A DNA stretch of 64,000 nt from a virus. A model generated the notes under the pieces. It was not told where the DNA came from. It worked only from the letters and a program-made list of their open reading frames with translations, and did not search any database. Position 1 is the stretch's first letter; each line of letters starts with the position of its first letter. Position numbers and translations under genes: made by a program. The DNA is taken from IMG/VR virus record IMGVR_UViG_3300003375_000013, positions 32,001-96,000 of that record, one strand, 5' to 3'. Below, one piece after another: positions 35,267 through 43,120 of the stretch.

Positions 35267-35354
35267 CACAAATCTAAACAGAGTACTCCTTATATGACAG
35301 TTGAACAAGGTCATATAAGGGAAGGACAGTGTTCAACCTGTCCGAGAGTTTTTA

Positions 35355-35432
35355 GGGGGATGGGTCTGCTCGGAGTGGACACCTGCTTTGCAAGCAGGAA
35401 TCAGAACGGTTCGAATCCGTTATTCTCCACCA
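35355..35432 (+). tRNA. tRNA-Ala(TGC)
   Basis: CCTGC-TTTGCAA-GCAGG; G3-U70; CCA. Confidence 0.93.
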
Positions 35433-35437
35433 ATTAG

Positions 35438-35466
35438 TTGACATTAAATACAATATCATGTATAAT
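35438..35466 (+). promoter_or_regulatory. sigma70-type promoter
   Basis: TTGACA-17-TATAAT. Confidence 0.82.
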
Positions 35467-35485
35467 GTTTACATAGTAAGTCTGT

Positions 35486-35564
35486 TGCGGAGTAGGGGAG
35501 TCTGGTCGTCCCCGCTAGTCTCATAAGCTAGAGATCGTTGGTTCAAATCCTTCCTCCGCTACCA
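35486..35564 (+). tRNA. tRNA-Met(CAT), initiator-like (U1/U72 mismatch)
   Basis: CTAGT-CTCATAA-GCTAG; lacks the three G-C anticodon pairs; weak T-stem. Confidence 0.75.
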
Positions 35565-35584
35565 TTTTATAACAAGGAGTTAAC

Positions 35585-35803
35585 ATGAAAGCAGTTTTAG
35601 CAATCGTTGTAGCATCACTAGCACTTACTGGATGTGTTGTTGCTGATCCATATTATGTTCAGCCTCGTCCTGTATATGTTCAACCTGCACCAGTTTATGT
35701 GCAACCTAGGCCTGTATATGTAGCTCCTCCTGTTCGCTGTACGTATGTACAACAATGGAATGGTTACACAAGACAGTATCAAAATGTTCGTGTTTGTAGA
35801 TAA
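35585..35803 (+). CDS. Small lipoprotein with PXPV-like repeats
   Basis: Signal peptide with lipobox LTGC; repeated VYVQP(R/A)P. Confidence 0.8.
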   Translation: MKAVLAIVVASLALTGCVVADPYYVQPRPVYVQPAPVYVQPRPVYVAPPVRCTYVQQWNGYTRQYQNVRVCR

Positions 35804-35811
35804 GGAATAAA

Positions 35812-36039
35812 ATGTTTATCAAAGTATCTAATGCAGCAAAAGATTTTCTTCATAATCCCTTGTACATCAAGGCTGATGTAATTCTAACAGTATACGAAGG
35901 TACTAGTGTTAGAAATGAAGGAACCCCTGATGAATATCAGGAACATGTGACTTTTATCTTTAGTCCTACTCATGGTACTTGGGAAGTTCTAGATAGAGCC
36001 GAGGATGTATACAAGCAATTAGTACAATTAGGTTTATAG
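35812..36039 (+). CDS. Hypothetical protein
   Basis: 75 aa, SD AAGGA. Confidence 0.75.
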   Translation: MFIKVSNAAKDFLHNPLYIKADVILTVYEGTSVRNEGTPDEYQEHVTFIFSPTHGTWEVLDRAEDVYKQLVQLGL

Positions 36040-36053
36040 TAAAGCAGTTTATT

Positions 36054-36132
36054 CTCCGGTTCGCCTAATCTGGTTATGGCACTTGCTTTGGGAGCAAGAA
36101 TAATGTGAGTTCAAATCCCACACTGGAGACCA
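36054..36132 (+). tRNA. tRNA-Pro(TGG)
   Basis: CTTGC-TTTGGGA-GCAAG; C1-G72; CCA. Confidence 0.93.
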
Positions 36133-36159
36133 TTAATGTAGTTAAAATTTAGGAAATAT

Positions 36160-36414
36160 ATGTCAATTAAAACAGCAGCTAGCCTTATCGATATCAATGT
36201 TTGCGTTAATCAAACAGGCAATAAAAGATATGATTTAGTATTAATCGCAGCAGCGAGAATGCGTGAACTGAAGTTTCATAGGATGGGAACAGATAAGATT
36301 ACACGATGGTCAGAAGTATTACTTGAAATTCAGGAAGGTCGCATTGATCCAACTGAATATTTGAGAAAAATTGAAGCAGTACGCCCTAAAAAACAAAGTA
36401 GGAAGTACAAATAG
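36160..36414 (+). CDS. rpoZ: RNA polymerase omega subunit-like protein
   Basis: GNKRYDLVLIAAARMREL aligns by eye with the RpoZ motif GNRFDLVLVAARRARQ; C-terminal VLLEIQEGRI. Confidence 0.7.
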   Translation: MSIKTAASLIDINVCVNQTGNKRYDLVLIAAARMRELKFHRMGTDKITRWSEVLLEIQEGRIDPTEYLRKIEAVRPKKQSRKYK

Positions 36415-36420
36415 TTTAGT

Positions 36421-36496
36421 TGGAGATTAGCCAAGCTGGTAAGGCAACGGATTTTGATTCCGTCATACACAGGTTCGAACCCTGTATCTCCTGCCA
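36421..36496 (+). tRNA. tRNA-Gln(TTG)
   Basis: ACGGA-TTTTGAT-TCCGT; weak 1-72 pair; G73; CCA. Confidence 0.92.
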
Positions 36497-36533
36497 AGAA
36501 ATCAATAAATATATGTACTATTAGGAATATTCC

Positions 36534-37154
36534 ATGAAATTTAAAGAGCTATTTGAAATGCCAACTTATAACCCAAAAGAGTTACCTACAACAGATTTTA
36601 AGGTTCATTTAGTGAGCGTAGATACACTTGATCGTGATTATACCTTACTGGAAGCCATACAAGTAGGAGATAAAAAAATTATTGCGGGCTTAAAAAAGGA
36701 TAGATCAATTGCCATAATTGGACCGGCTGTTGTTCGCAATGATGGGAAAACTTCGGTAGAAGTCATGGCTCAAATTGAATTTCACGAAGGCACAGTTAGT
36801 GGCGAAGCTGGCGGTAAAGCGACACTTCAAATTTCTTTAGTAGAAGCTGCCGATAAAGTGCGAGGTTTCGGATACGGATATCAATTATATAAGATGATAT
36901 TAAATCGTGGATTCACAATCGTAAGTGATAATGTACAATATGTAGGTGGCAAAGAACTGTGGTTAAAGATTATTCGCAAAAGTGCTGCTGATAAGCATAA
37001 TGTGTTTATTATGCAACAAGGCAAATACATGCGTGATGAAGCTGGAAATCCAATAGTATTTGATGGTGTTAATATTTCACCAGAAGATATCTGGAGTACA
37101 GATAAGAAAAGTGAAAAGCATTTTTACACTTTACTAGTAGCAAAAAATATCTAA
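36534..37154 (+). CDS. Hypothetical protein with a GNAT-like motif
   Basis: MKFKELFEM start; ISLVEAADKVRGFGYGYQLY resembles acetyl-CoA binding motif A. Confidence 0.55.
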   Translation: MKFKELFEMPTYNPKELPTTDFKVHLVSVDTLDRDYTLLEAIQVGDKKIIAGLKKDRSIAIIGPAVVRNDGKTSVEVMAQIEFHEGTVSGEAGGKATLQISLVEAADKVRGFGYGYQLYKMILNRGFTIVSDNVQYVGGKELWLKIIRKSAADKHNVFIMQQGKYMRDEAGNPIVFDGVNISPEDIWSTDKKSEKHFYTLLVAKNI

Positions 37155-37160
37155 TTTCAC

Positions 37161-37236
37161 GGATCGTTAGCTCAGCGGTAGCAGCGGCGCCCTTACAAGG
37201 CGTAGGTCGTAGGTTCAATCCCTACACGATCCACCA
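37161..37236 (+). tRNA. tRNA-Val(TAC)
   Basis: GCGCC-CTTACAA-GGCGT; CCA. Confidence 0.93.
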
Positions 37237-37242
37237 ATCAAT

Positions 37243-37318
37243 GTCAACTTAGCTGATGTGGTCATAGCAGTAGCTTGAAGAGCTTCGGAAAGTGGTTCGA
37301 TTCCACTAGTTGACACCA
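37243..37318 (+). tRNA. tRNA-Phe(GAA)
   Basis: Loop TTGAAGA; GTCAACT/AGTTGAC; CCA. Confidence 0.88.
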
Positions 37319-37342
37319 ATCAATGGTGACTGTGATAATAGG

Positions 37343-37418
37343 GGTGACCATAGTGTAAAATAGGCACCTAACTCTGTGAAAGTTATAGTCTGAGTGAGAC
37401 TTCTCAGTGGTCACCCCT
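37343..37418 (+). tRNA. tRNA-His(GTG) with G-1, 8-nt T-loop, ending CC(T)
   Basis: TAACT-CTGTGAA-AGTTA; GTGACCA/TGGTCAC; C73. Confidence 0.8.
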
Positions 37419-38243
37419 ATTGTCATAGTCATCAACTTCACGAACAAGTTGTTCGTAGGTTATTGAAGATTTACTGTGTTTTCTTGAGTTTTTATTCTGT
37501 GGCATCAGATCGCAATTTACTGGATGACGAATGTAGTATTCATCGTAGTTATTGAGCATAGCTTCACTGACTGATACACGATGATCACGAGACAATCCGT
37601 TCATATTTATACCGCGTTTATTATTACCACCGGCATTATAGAACCCAACCCGTGTTAGTTCATTTAAATCGAATAGGTCAGGATAGTGAAACACATTGAA
37701 CTTGAAGTAATATCTGGCCCGGTTTAGTGATTTATGTAAATGTATGTGTTCTTTACAGTAACCTATTTTATATCTGTTCACGAACTTAATTTTACAATGA
37801 CGACAAGTGTTTAGAATGAGTTTAGAGTGAGGTGCGAGTTCTTGTTTAGGCACTCGTCTATCTGCCCAAGTCTTCTTGACTTTTTCGTATAAGGCGTAGT
37901 CTCTTTCGTTGTTGTTATGAGTTGCGCTGCAACTTTGAGAACAGAATGTCAAGTGTCGTTTTTCGTATGATAGTTCCACTGAACATGCTTTGCACTGCTT
38001 AGGAGTTGTTAGATAAACCGTCCTAGAGTATTCTCTTTTACGCTTATGAGCATCAATAGCGCCTTGGTTACCACCACCTTTTTTGCCGCCATTTTTAGCA
38101 TCAAGAATAAGTTGAGGGTCACGAGCTGGACCATATTTTAGTTCATAGTCACGAGTATTAGTGCCATGATTTTTTAAATGAATTCCTGATATTTGGCCGT
38201 TGAAATCACGATGGCATATAGCACAGTTTATTATTTTATACAT
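37404..38243 (-). CDS. Zinc-finger / HNH-type homing endonuclease
   Basis: CAIC...HLKNH, CKAC...FCSQSC, LSRDHRVSV...HPVNCDLM; the last codons overlap the tRNA-His acceptor antisense. Confidence 0.75.
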   Translation of the reverse strand: MYKIINCAICHRDFNGQISGIHLKNHGTNTRDYELKYGPARDPQLILDAKNGGKKGGGNQGAIDAHKRKREYSRTVYLTTPKQCKACSVELSYEKRHLTFCSQSCSATHNNNERDYALYEKVKKTWADRRVPKQELAPHSKLILNTCRHCKIKFVNRYKIGYCKEHIHLHKSLNRARYYFKFNVFHYPDLFDLNELTRVGFYNAGGNNKRGINMNGLSRDHRVSVSEAMLNNYDEYYIRHPVNCDLMPQNKNSRKHSKSSITYEQLVREVDDYDNRGDH

Positions 38244-38292
38244 ATACTTATTTAGTCTAACTTGTAAGTTCAGTAAGTATTTGTCACCCCAG

Positions 38293-38321
38293 TTGACATT
38301 TAATTGAAAGTCAACTATAAT
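38293..38321 (+). promoter_or_regulatory. sigma70 promoter overlapped by an inverted repeat
   Basis: TTGACA-17-TATAAT; AGTTGAC..GTCAACT palindrome at 38291-38316. Confidence 0.8.
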
Positions 38322-38348
38322 AAGTACTTGTTAAACAAAGGAGCAGTT

Positions 38349-38477
38349 ATGAAAGCGTTCGGATCTAAGCGTTGCTACCACGACTGCCGTGTTGTTCAGG
38401 CAGGTAACGGTAAGAAAATTAAGTTTACCGTTGGCGTGAAGTCACGCAAAAGCGGTCGTAAAATTGAAAAGGAGTAG
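38349..38477 (+). CDS. Small basic peptide (42 aa)
   Basis: MKAFGSKRCYHDCRVV...; SD AAGGAG. Confidence 0.6.
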   Translation: MKAFGSKRCYHDCRVVQAGNGKKIKFTVGVKSRKSGRKIEKE

Positions 38478-38479
38478 TT

Positions 38480-38632
38480 ATGAAGTCTAAGATGATCGTG
38501 CCAACACTAAATCCACGAAACCCGTTCGTGATGCTGGCACATAAAAGAAGTGCGGGAAGTCATGCTAAGCCACACAAGGCTCAGCGTAAGTTAGAAAAAC
38601 AAAGGCATTGGGAGAGTAGCTCAATTTGGTAG
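38480..38632 (+). CDS. Small basic peptide (50 aa) overlapping the tRNA-Lys 5' end
   Basis: MKSKMIVPTLNPRNPFVMLAHKRSAGSHAK...; SD AAGGAG. Confidence 0.55.
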   Translation: MKSKMIVPTLNPRNPFVMLAHKRSAGSHAKPHKAQRKLEKQRHWESSSIW

Positions 38633-38686
38633 AGCAAGAAACTTTTAATTTCGAGGCTGTGGGATCATGCCCCATCTCTCCTACCA
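38610..38686 (+). tRNA. tRNA-Lys(TTT)
   Basis: Loop CTTTTAA; GGGAGAG/CTCTCCT; CCA; T-loop ATCATGC. Confidence 0.88.
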
Positions 38687-38769
38687 TTATTATATTGAAG
38701 CACATTTAAGTAGGCATGCCAACGCTAGGTCTTATCGGACATAGCCAGAGTGTGTTTCAATATAATAAT
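38686..38769 (+). ncRNA. Conserved-helix RNA cassette E, filling the tRNA-Lys/tRNA-Arg spacer
   Basis: 22-bp ATTATTATATTGAAGCACATTT/GAGTGTGTTTCAATATAATAAT; 40-nt head. Confidence 0.7.
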
Positions 38770-38844
38770 CCGGCCATAGTTAAATGGATATAACTAGGGA
38801 TTTCTACTCCCTTATTGTGGGTTCGATTCCTGCTGGCCGGACCA
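38770..38844 (+). tRNA. tRNA-Arg(TCT)
   Basis: AGGGA-TTTCTAC-TCCCT; CCGGCCA/TGGCCGG; CCA. Confidence 0.88.
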
Positions 38845-38845
38845 T

Positions 38846-38922
38846 GGCGATGTAGCTCAGTTGGTTAGAGCAGGTGACTCATATTCACAAGGTCGGTGGT
38901 TCGAATCCACTCTTCGCTACCA
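38846..38922 (+). tRNA. tRNA-Met(CAT), elongator-like
   Basis: GTGA-CTCATAT-TCAC; CCA. Confidence 0.85.
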
Positions 38923-38947
38923 AATAACATCGTACATAAATAAAGTA

Positions 38948-39916
38948 ATGCGATTATATGAAATACAACAAAATATTGAAGAATCTATCAACTTAACTAG
39001 ATATCTGCCCGAGGTTGAAGATGCCATTAAAAAAGGTATTTTAGCTTCCATGGATTCGCTTATAAATGTAAAAATAACACCTAATGTACAAGCTAACATT
39101 GATGAAACTGGAAAATTTGGAGCAGTTAGATCACGAGTTAAATTAGTATCTAAAATGAAAAAACATTGTTCTGCTAATCTGCAAAACGTTGCCAGTAGTA
39201 TTATGAACATGCCAAACATTATTGTTTATTTTGATAAAATGAAGAAAAATAATGGAGAATGGTATAGCGACAATTCTTCTATAGCGATAAACATCAAATA
39301 TCTTAATGATATTAAAAATAGAATATGGGCCAATTGGTCAGCACAAATAATTAAATATAATGAAGGCGACACACTTGATTATTTAGAAACTGCCGAATCA
39401 ATTATAGATGAATTTAAAAGATATACTTTTACTCCCGCGGTAAGCGCAGTTGTGACTAATATTGCCGGTGTGTTTATTCATGAAATGGTACATGCCATGC
39501 AAGACAAAGCTGCTGCTGCAAAAGGAATGAATACAGATAAGGCATATCGTAGTTACCTAACAAATAAAGAAACGTTTGATAAATCAATAGAAGATTACAA
39601 AAAAGCTGGGTTTACGGAGAAAGAAGCATATAGATTTTATAGAGGTAGTCCTCAAGAAATTGCAGCGTTTGCTAATCAAGAAGCAGCAAAATTTATTAAA
39701 TCTAAAAAATTAGATCAACCAGGTGTTCAAGCAACACCACAAAGGTTGTCTGAATTACAGACTCAGTTGAAATATTTGAATGATATTTTTAAAGATACCA
39801 ACAATACAACAGAAATCAAAATTATACGACGATACACAACATTAATGTATAAAGCAGTCATGGATTATGTTGAAAGAAAAAATGAGTTAGCACAAGCAAA
39901 GCAAAACACACGATAA
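38948..39916 (+). CDS. Hypothetical protein with an HExxH metallopeptidase motif
   Basis: MRLYEIQ start 5 nt after TAAATA; FIHEMVHAMQ, EIAAFA. The ORF-track start lies inside a tRNA. Confidence 0.65.
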   Translation: MRLYEIQQNIEESINLTRYLPEVEDAIKKGILASMDSLINVKITPNVQANIDETGKFGAVRSRVKLVSKMKKHCSANLQNVASSIMNMPNIIVYFDKMKKNNGEWYSDNSSIAINIKYLNDIKNRIWANWSAQIIKYNEGDTLDYLETAESIIDEFKRYTFTPAVSAVVTNIAGVFIHEMVHAMQDKAAAAKGMNTDKAYRSYLTNKETFDKSIEDYKKAGFTEKEAYRFYRGSPQEIAAFANQEAAKFIKSKKLDQPGVQATPQRLSELQTQLKYLNDIFKDTNNTTEIKIIRRYTTLMYKAVMDYVERKNELAQAKQNTR

Positions 39917-40011
39917 TACATAAGTCAATACTATAAGCAACCAAAAGTAATATTTTGGTTGCTTTTTTATTTGGCTTATGTTATAATATATTTTTATATA
40001 AAGGAGAATAA

Positions 40012-40618
40012 TATGCCATCAGTATTTCTGGTAAGTGATACACATTTTGGACACAAAGGTGTCTGCCATTTTATGCGTAAAGATGGTGAGACCAAGCTTC
40101 GTCCATGGGATACTGCCGAGGAAATGGATGAAGAAATGGTTAAGCGGTGGAACGATACTGTTCGGCCAAATGACAAAGTGTATCATCTTGGTGATGTGGT
40201 TATTAACCGCAAGGCGCTTGGTATTATGCAACGTCTTAATGGAGACAAAGTTTTAATTCGTGGTAATCATGATATCTTCCGTGACGACGAATATCGAGAG
40301 CATTTTCGTGAGCTTCGTGCGTATCATGTCATGAACGGAATGATTCTTAGTCATATTCCCCTTCACTCTGCCAGTATGGGACGATTCGGAGTTAATATTC
40401 ACGGACATCTTCATTCTGATCGTGTTATGAAACCTTCTGGGGTTAATAATAAGACTGGTGAGATTGTATACAGTGAAACAGAGATTGATAATAGATATCA
40501 TTGTGTTTGCGTAGAACAAACTGACTTTGCACCAATATTGTTTGAAGATGTAATCAAACGGATTGAGGAAGAAGGCGGCGCTGTTGGTTTCAAAAACGGC
40601 AACGGCCCCTCGATGTAG
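40012..40618 (+). CDS. Calcineurin-like metallophosphoesterase
   Basis: SDTHFGH, HLGDV, RGNHD, SHIP, HGHLH; start ATG 40012 after AAGGAG. Confidence 0.93.
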
Positions 40619-40632
40619 TCATAAATAAAATT

Positions 40633-41253
40633 ATGATTATAACGTGCGGGCCCGTTAGTAACCAACGTACCCTTAAATTAAAACTTCCCGAAGAACGAAC
40701 TAAAATAGCAGTCCTTATCAGTGGTGGCATAGATAGTGCTATACTGTATTACTTAATGTTGCTGGAAAATAAAAACACAGGATATAGGCATGACATAAGA
40801 CCTATATCTATAATGCGACAAGAAGGATCTGAATACTTTAGTAAGTTGGTAGTGGCAAACATGAATGAGAAGTTTAATCTAATCAAACAGGATGCTATTA
40901 TAGTTGGAAATCCTTCTTTGCCAGAAGATCAGCAGGTTAAGTCAGGTGTAAATCATGCTTATAACTTGGGGTTTGATCTAACATACTGTGGCGTGATTGA
41001 ACAACAGCCTGAACACATGATAGGTTGGGTTCAACCCGAAGCTAAAGAAACTAAACGATTCAAAACACCGCTAAAAGATCTAAACAAAATACATATAATA
41101 GATCTTGTTATACAATGTAAACAAGAGGACTTGTTTTACATTACCCATACTTGCAACAAATTTAAAGTAGGTCGTTGCCACAAATGTAATGGGTGTAACG
41201 AACGAGCATGGGGATTTTCACAACTAGGATTACCAGATCCTGGTACTATATAA
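40633..41253 (+). CDS. QueC-like PP-loop ATPase (adenine nucleotide alpha-hydrolase)
   Basis: SGGIDS; C-terminal HTC...CHKCNGCNER zinc site. Confidence 0.7.
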   Translation: MIITCGPVSNQRTLKLKLPEERTKIAVLISGGIDSAILYYLMLLENKNTGYRHDIRPISIMRQEGSEYFSKLVVANMNEKFNLIKQDAIIVGNPSLPEDQQVKSGVNHAYNLGFDLTYCGVIEQQPEHMIGWVQPEAKETKRFKTPLKDLNKIHIIDLVIQCKQEDLFYITHTCNKFKVGRCHKCNGCNERAWGFSQLGLPDPGTI

Positions 41254-41791
41254 ACAAGTGTTGGAATTTGGCAATAGCATCTTCCCATGTTATTTTACCA
41301 TATCTACAACGCAAGCTAAAAGCATATCTACCATTAAATCCTGATGGACGATGAGGTATTTCCGCATTAGTTAAATACGCCCCCGGTAAAGTCGTATAGA
41401 TTTTAACGGGATTTTTTTTAGCTATACAAAGTATACGACTACTACCTATGGTATCACCCTCTTCAACCTGTTCATCTACGTCATCTGGAAGCCAGTATTC
41501 CATAGTTCCATATCCATTATAAATCCAGTTAATACCCCATACTCTGCGACCGTCAACGTGTATAACACCTGTGTGATTATTTTTGTAAAAAAAATTAATA
41601 AAATCCCATTCAATGCCAGCCCAATTCAACCATTCAGGTTTAAGTACTTCTTTTGGATGATATTGTTTATACATTGATATTTGCTCACCAACTAATATCT
41701 CAGCTTTTCCCTCATCAGTCAGTATTTCATCTAACGATGGCAAATCTAGTTTATACATATATTCTGGACTTATTGCCATGGCATTTTCCAT
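41246..41791 (-). CDS. Putative 2OG-Fe(II) / double-stranded beta-helix oxygenase
   Basis: IHVDG...IPHRP (HxD...H). Confidence 0.55.
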   Translation of the reverse strand: MENAMAISPEYMYKLDLPSLDEILTDEGKAEILVGEQISMYKQYHPKEVLKPEWLNWAGIEWDFINFFYKNNHTGVIHVDGRRVWGINWIYNGYGTMEYWLPDDVDEQVEEGDTIGSSRILCIAKKNPVKIYTTLPGAYLTNAEIPHRPSGFNGRYAFSLRCRYGKITWEDAIAKFQHLFI

Positions 41792-42546
41792 TTAGTGGGA
41801 GGAACAGCAGGGGTAAACTCAACCGGGGTGAAATCCCATTCTTCTATGTTACTAAGATAATTTATAACTTCATACTTTGACTCTATGATTATTTTAGAAA
41901 TGCCCTCAGCTAACTTTATATTATTATGTTCACTAAAGTGATTACTTCTCATATCTGGACCAAAATGGCCTTGGGATGGATCACCAGTGTGTGGCATCAA
42001 TTCTTTTTGCGATGCCTTAAACAGTGATGTTAGTTCTGATGAAATTTGTAAGATACATGAATTATGTGTAGGAACATGATCATAATCATCAAAACAATTT
42101 ATATGGATTAATTTATAAAAATTATCTGACATGAGATTTAGCTCATTGATCCAGGATGCTTTAGCCCATTTGTAAAATTCAGGTACATACAAGTCAGATT
42201 GATAAAAATCTTTTACTAATGCGTGTAATTTGCCGCTTGGATCAAGATGTTTTATATCTGATTTGTCTGAATTAACTTCTGCTCTTATTAAACCCGGGTT
42301 AATAGGAAAATCTAACATGGAAGGCAATCTACTAAAATTCGTGTGACACACAATAACTAAAGTTTGTTTATCAAGAATAGAATTATTTTCAAGTAACCAT
42401 CTTCGTGTAGTCCACCAGGGTCTGCCACCATAACCTACGCCAAACAATGGCATCTCTAATTTATTTGCCAAATATAAAGGCCAATCAGTGGGTTTATATC
42501 TCTCTGAACAAAAACTATCTCCAACTATGACTAATTTATTAAACAT
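41770..42546 (-). CDS. SGNH-like hypothetical protein
   Basis: VIVGDSFC, GYGG, terminal NHFSEHNN. Confidence 0.5.
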   Translation of the reverse strand: MFNKLVIVGDSFCSERYKPTDWPLYLANKLEMPLFGVGYGGRPWWTTRRWLLENNSILDKQTLVIVCHTNFSRLPSMLDFPINPGLIRAEVNSDKSDIKHLDPSGKLHALVKDFYQSDLYVPEFYKWAKASWINELNLMSDNFYKLIHINCFDDYDHVPTHNSCILQISSELTSLFKASQKELMPHTGDPSQGHFGPDMRSNHFSEHNNIKLAEGISKIIIESKYEVINYLSNIEEWDFTPVEFTPAVPPTKWKMPWQ

Positions 42547-42549
42547 GTT

Positions 42550-43119
42550 TTATTGCTTAATGTAATTTTTAAAAATTTCATATACATTGTCAAAAGTTGG
42601 TCGACCAAGTTGATCTGTATATCCAAAAATTATACTAACACAAAATCGCTCAGTAAGATTGTTGTTATTAATACTGTGAGGTATTCCCACCTGCACTAAA
42701 GTAGGTTGTCCTACTTTTTGACTATGCAATAATGTAACGTCATCTGATGAATAATGTATAGCATAAGTTGAAATAGAAGTTTTATGAGAAGAGCCCAAGC
42801 AATTCTCTTTTATGGCGTACCAACACATAGTACTGCCTTCACCTCCAAATACCCAATTTAGTTTAACGTAATCACCTGGCTTTTGGGTGTCTATGTGTAT
42901 ATAACTGTTTACTCCAACTGGCCTGTAAAAAACTTCAACAAATTTAATATCTAATCCATTACTTGTAAAGAAATTAACAATATCATCATTTAATAGTTCA
43001 TTATTAATTATAAAATGTCTTGCCGAAGTCGGGTTGTTTATTTTTAAAAATTCAATAATATCGATTGTAGATTTAAACAATGGAATTGGTAATTCAAGAT
43101 CAGCGCAATATTTTGTCAT
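42550..43119 (-). CDS. Putative 2OG-Fe(II) oxygenase
   Basis: IHIDT...VGIPHSI...R. Confidence 0.55.
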   Translation of the reverse strand: MTKYCADLELPIPLFKSTIDIIEFLKINNPTSARHFIINNELLNDDIVNFFTSNGLDIKFVEVFYRPVGVNSYIHIDTQKPGDYVKLNWVFGGEGSTMCWYAIKENCLGSSHKTSISTYAIHYSSDDVTLLHSQKVGQPTLVQVGIPHSINNNNLTERFCVSIIFGYTDQLGRPTFDNVYEIFKNYIKQ

Positions 43120-43120
43120 A

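Noticed and set aside
34813-35437. ORFs 34813-35085(-), 34830-35036(+), 35225-35437(+), and similarly 31574-31786(-), 37262-37447(-), 23300-23518(-), 28956-29147(+)
   Set aside because: They overlap tRNA, tmRNA or structured RNA genes and lack RBSs; shadow ORFs.
38480-38632. ArfA (alternative ribosome rescue factor) assignment
   Set aside because: Only basic composition and RNP are shared; the KKGKGS-type motif is missing.
40633-41253. Complete 7-deazaguanine DNA-modification pathway
   Set aside because: Only a QueC-like PP-loop gene is visible; no QueD, QueE, FolE or DpdA in the window, so no gene symbol was assigned.
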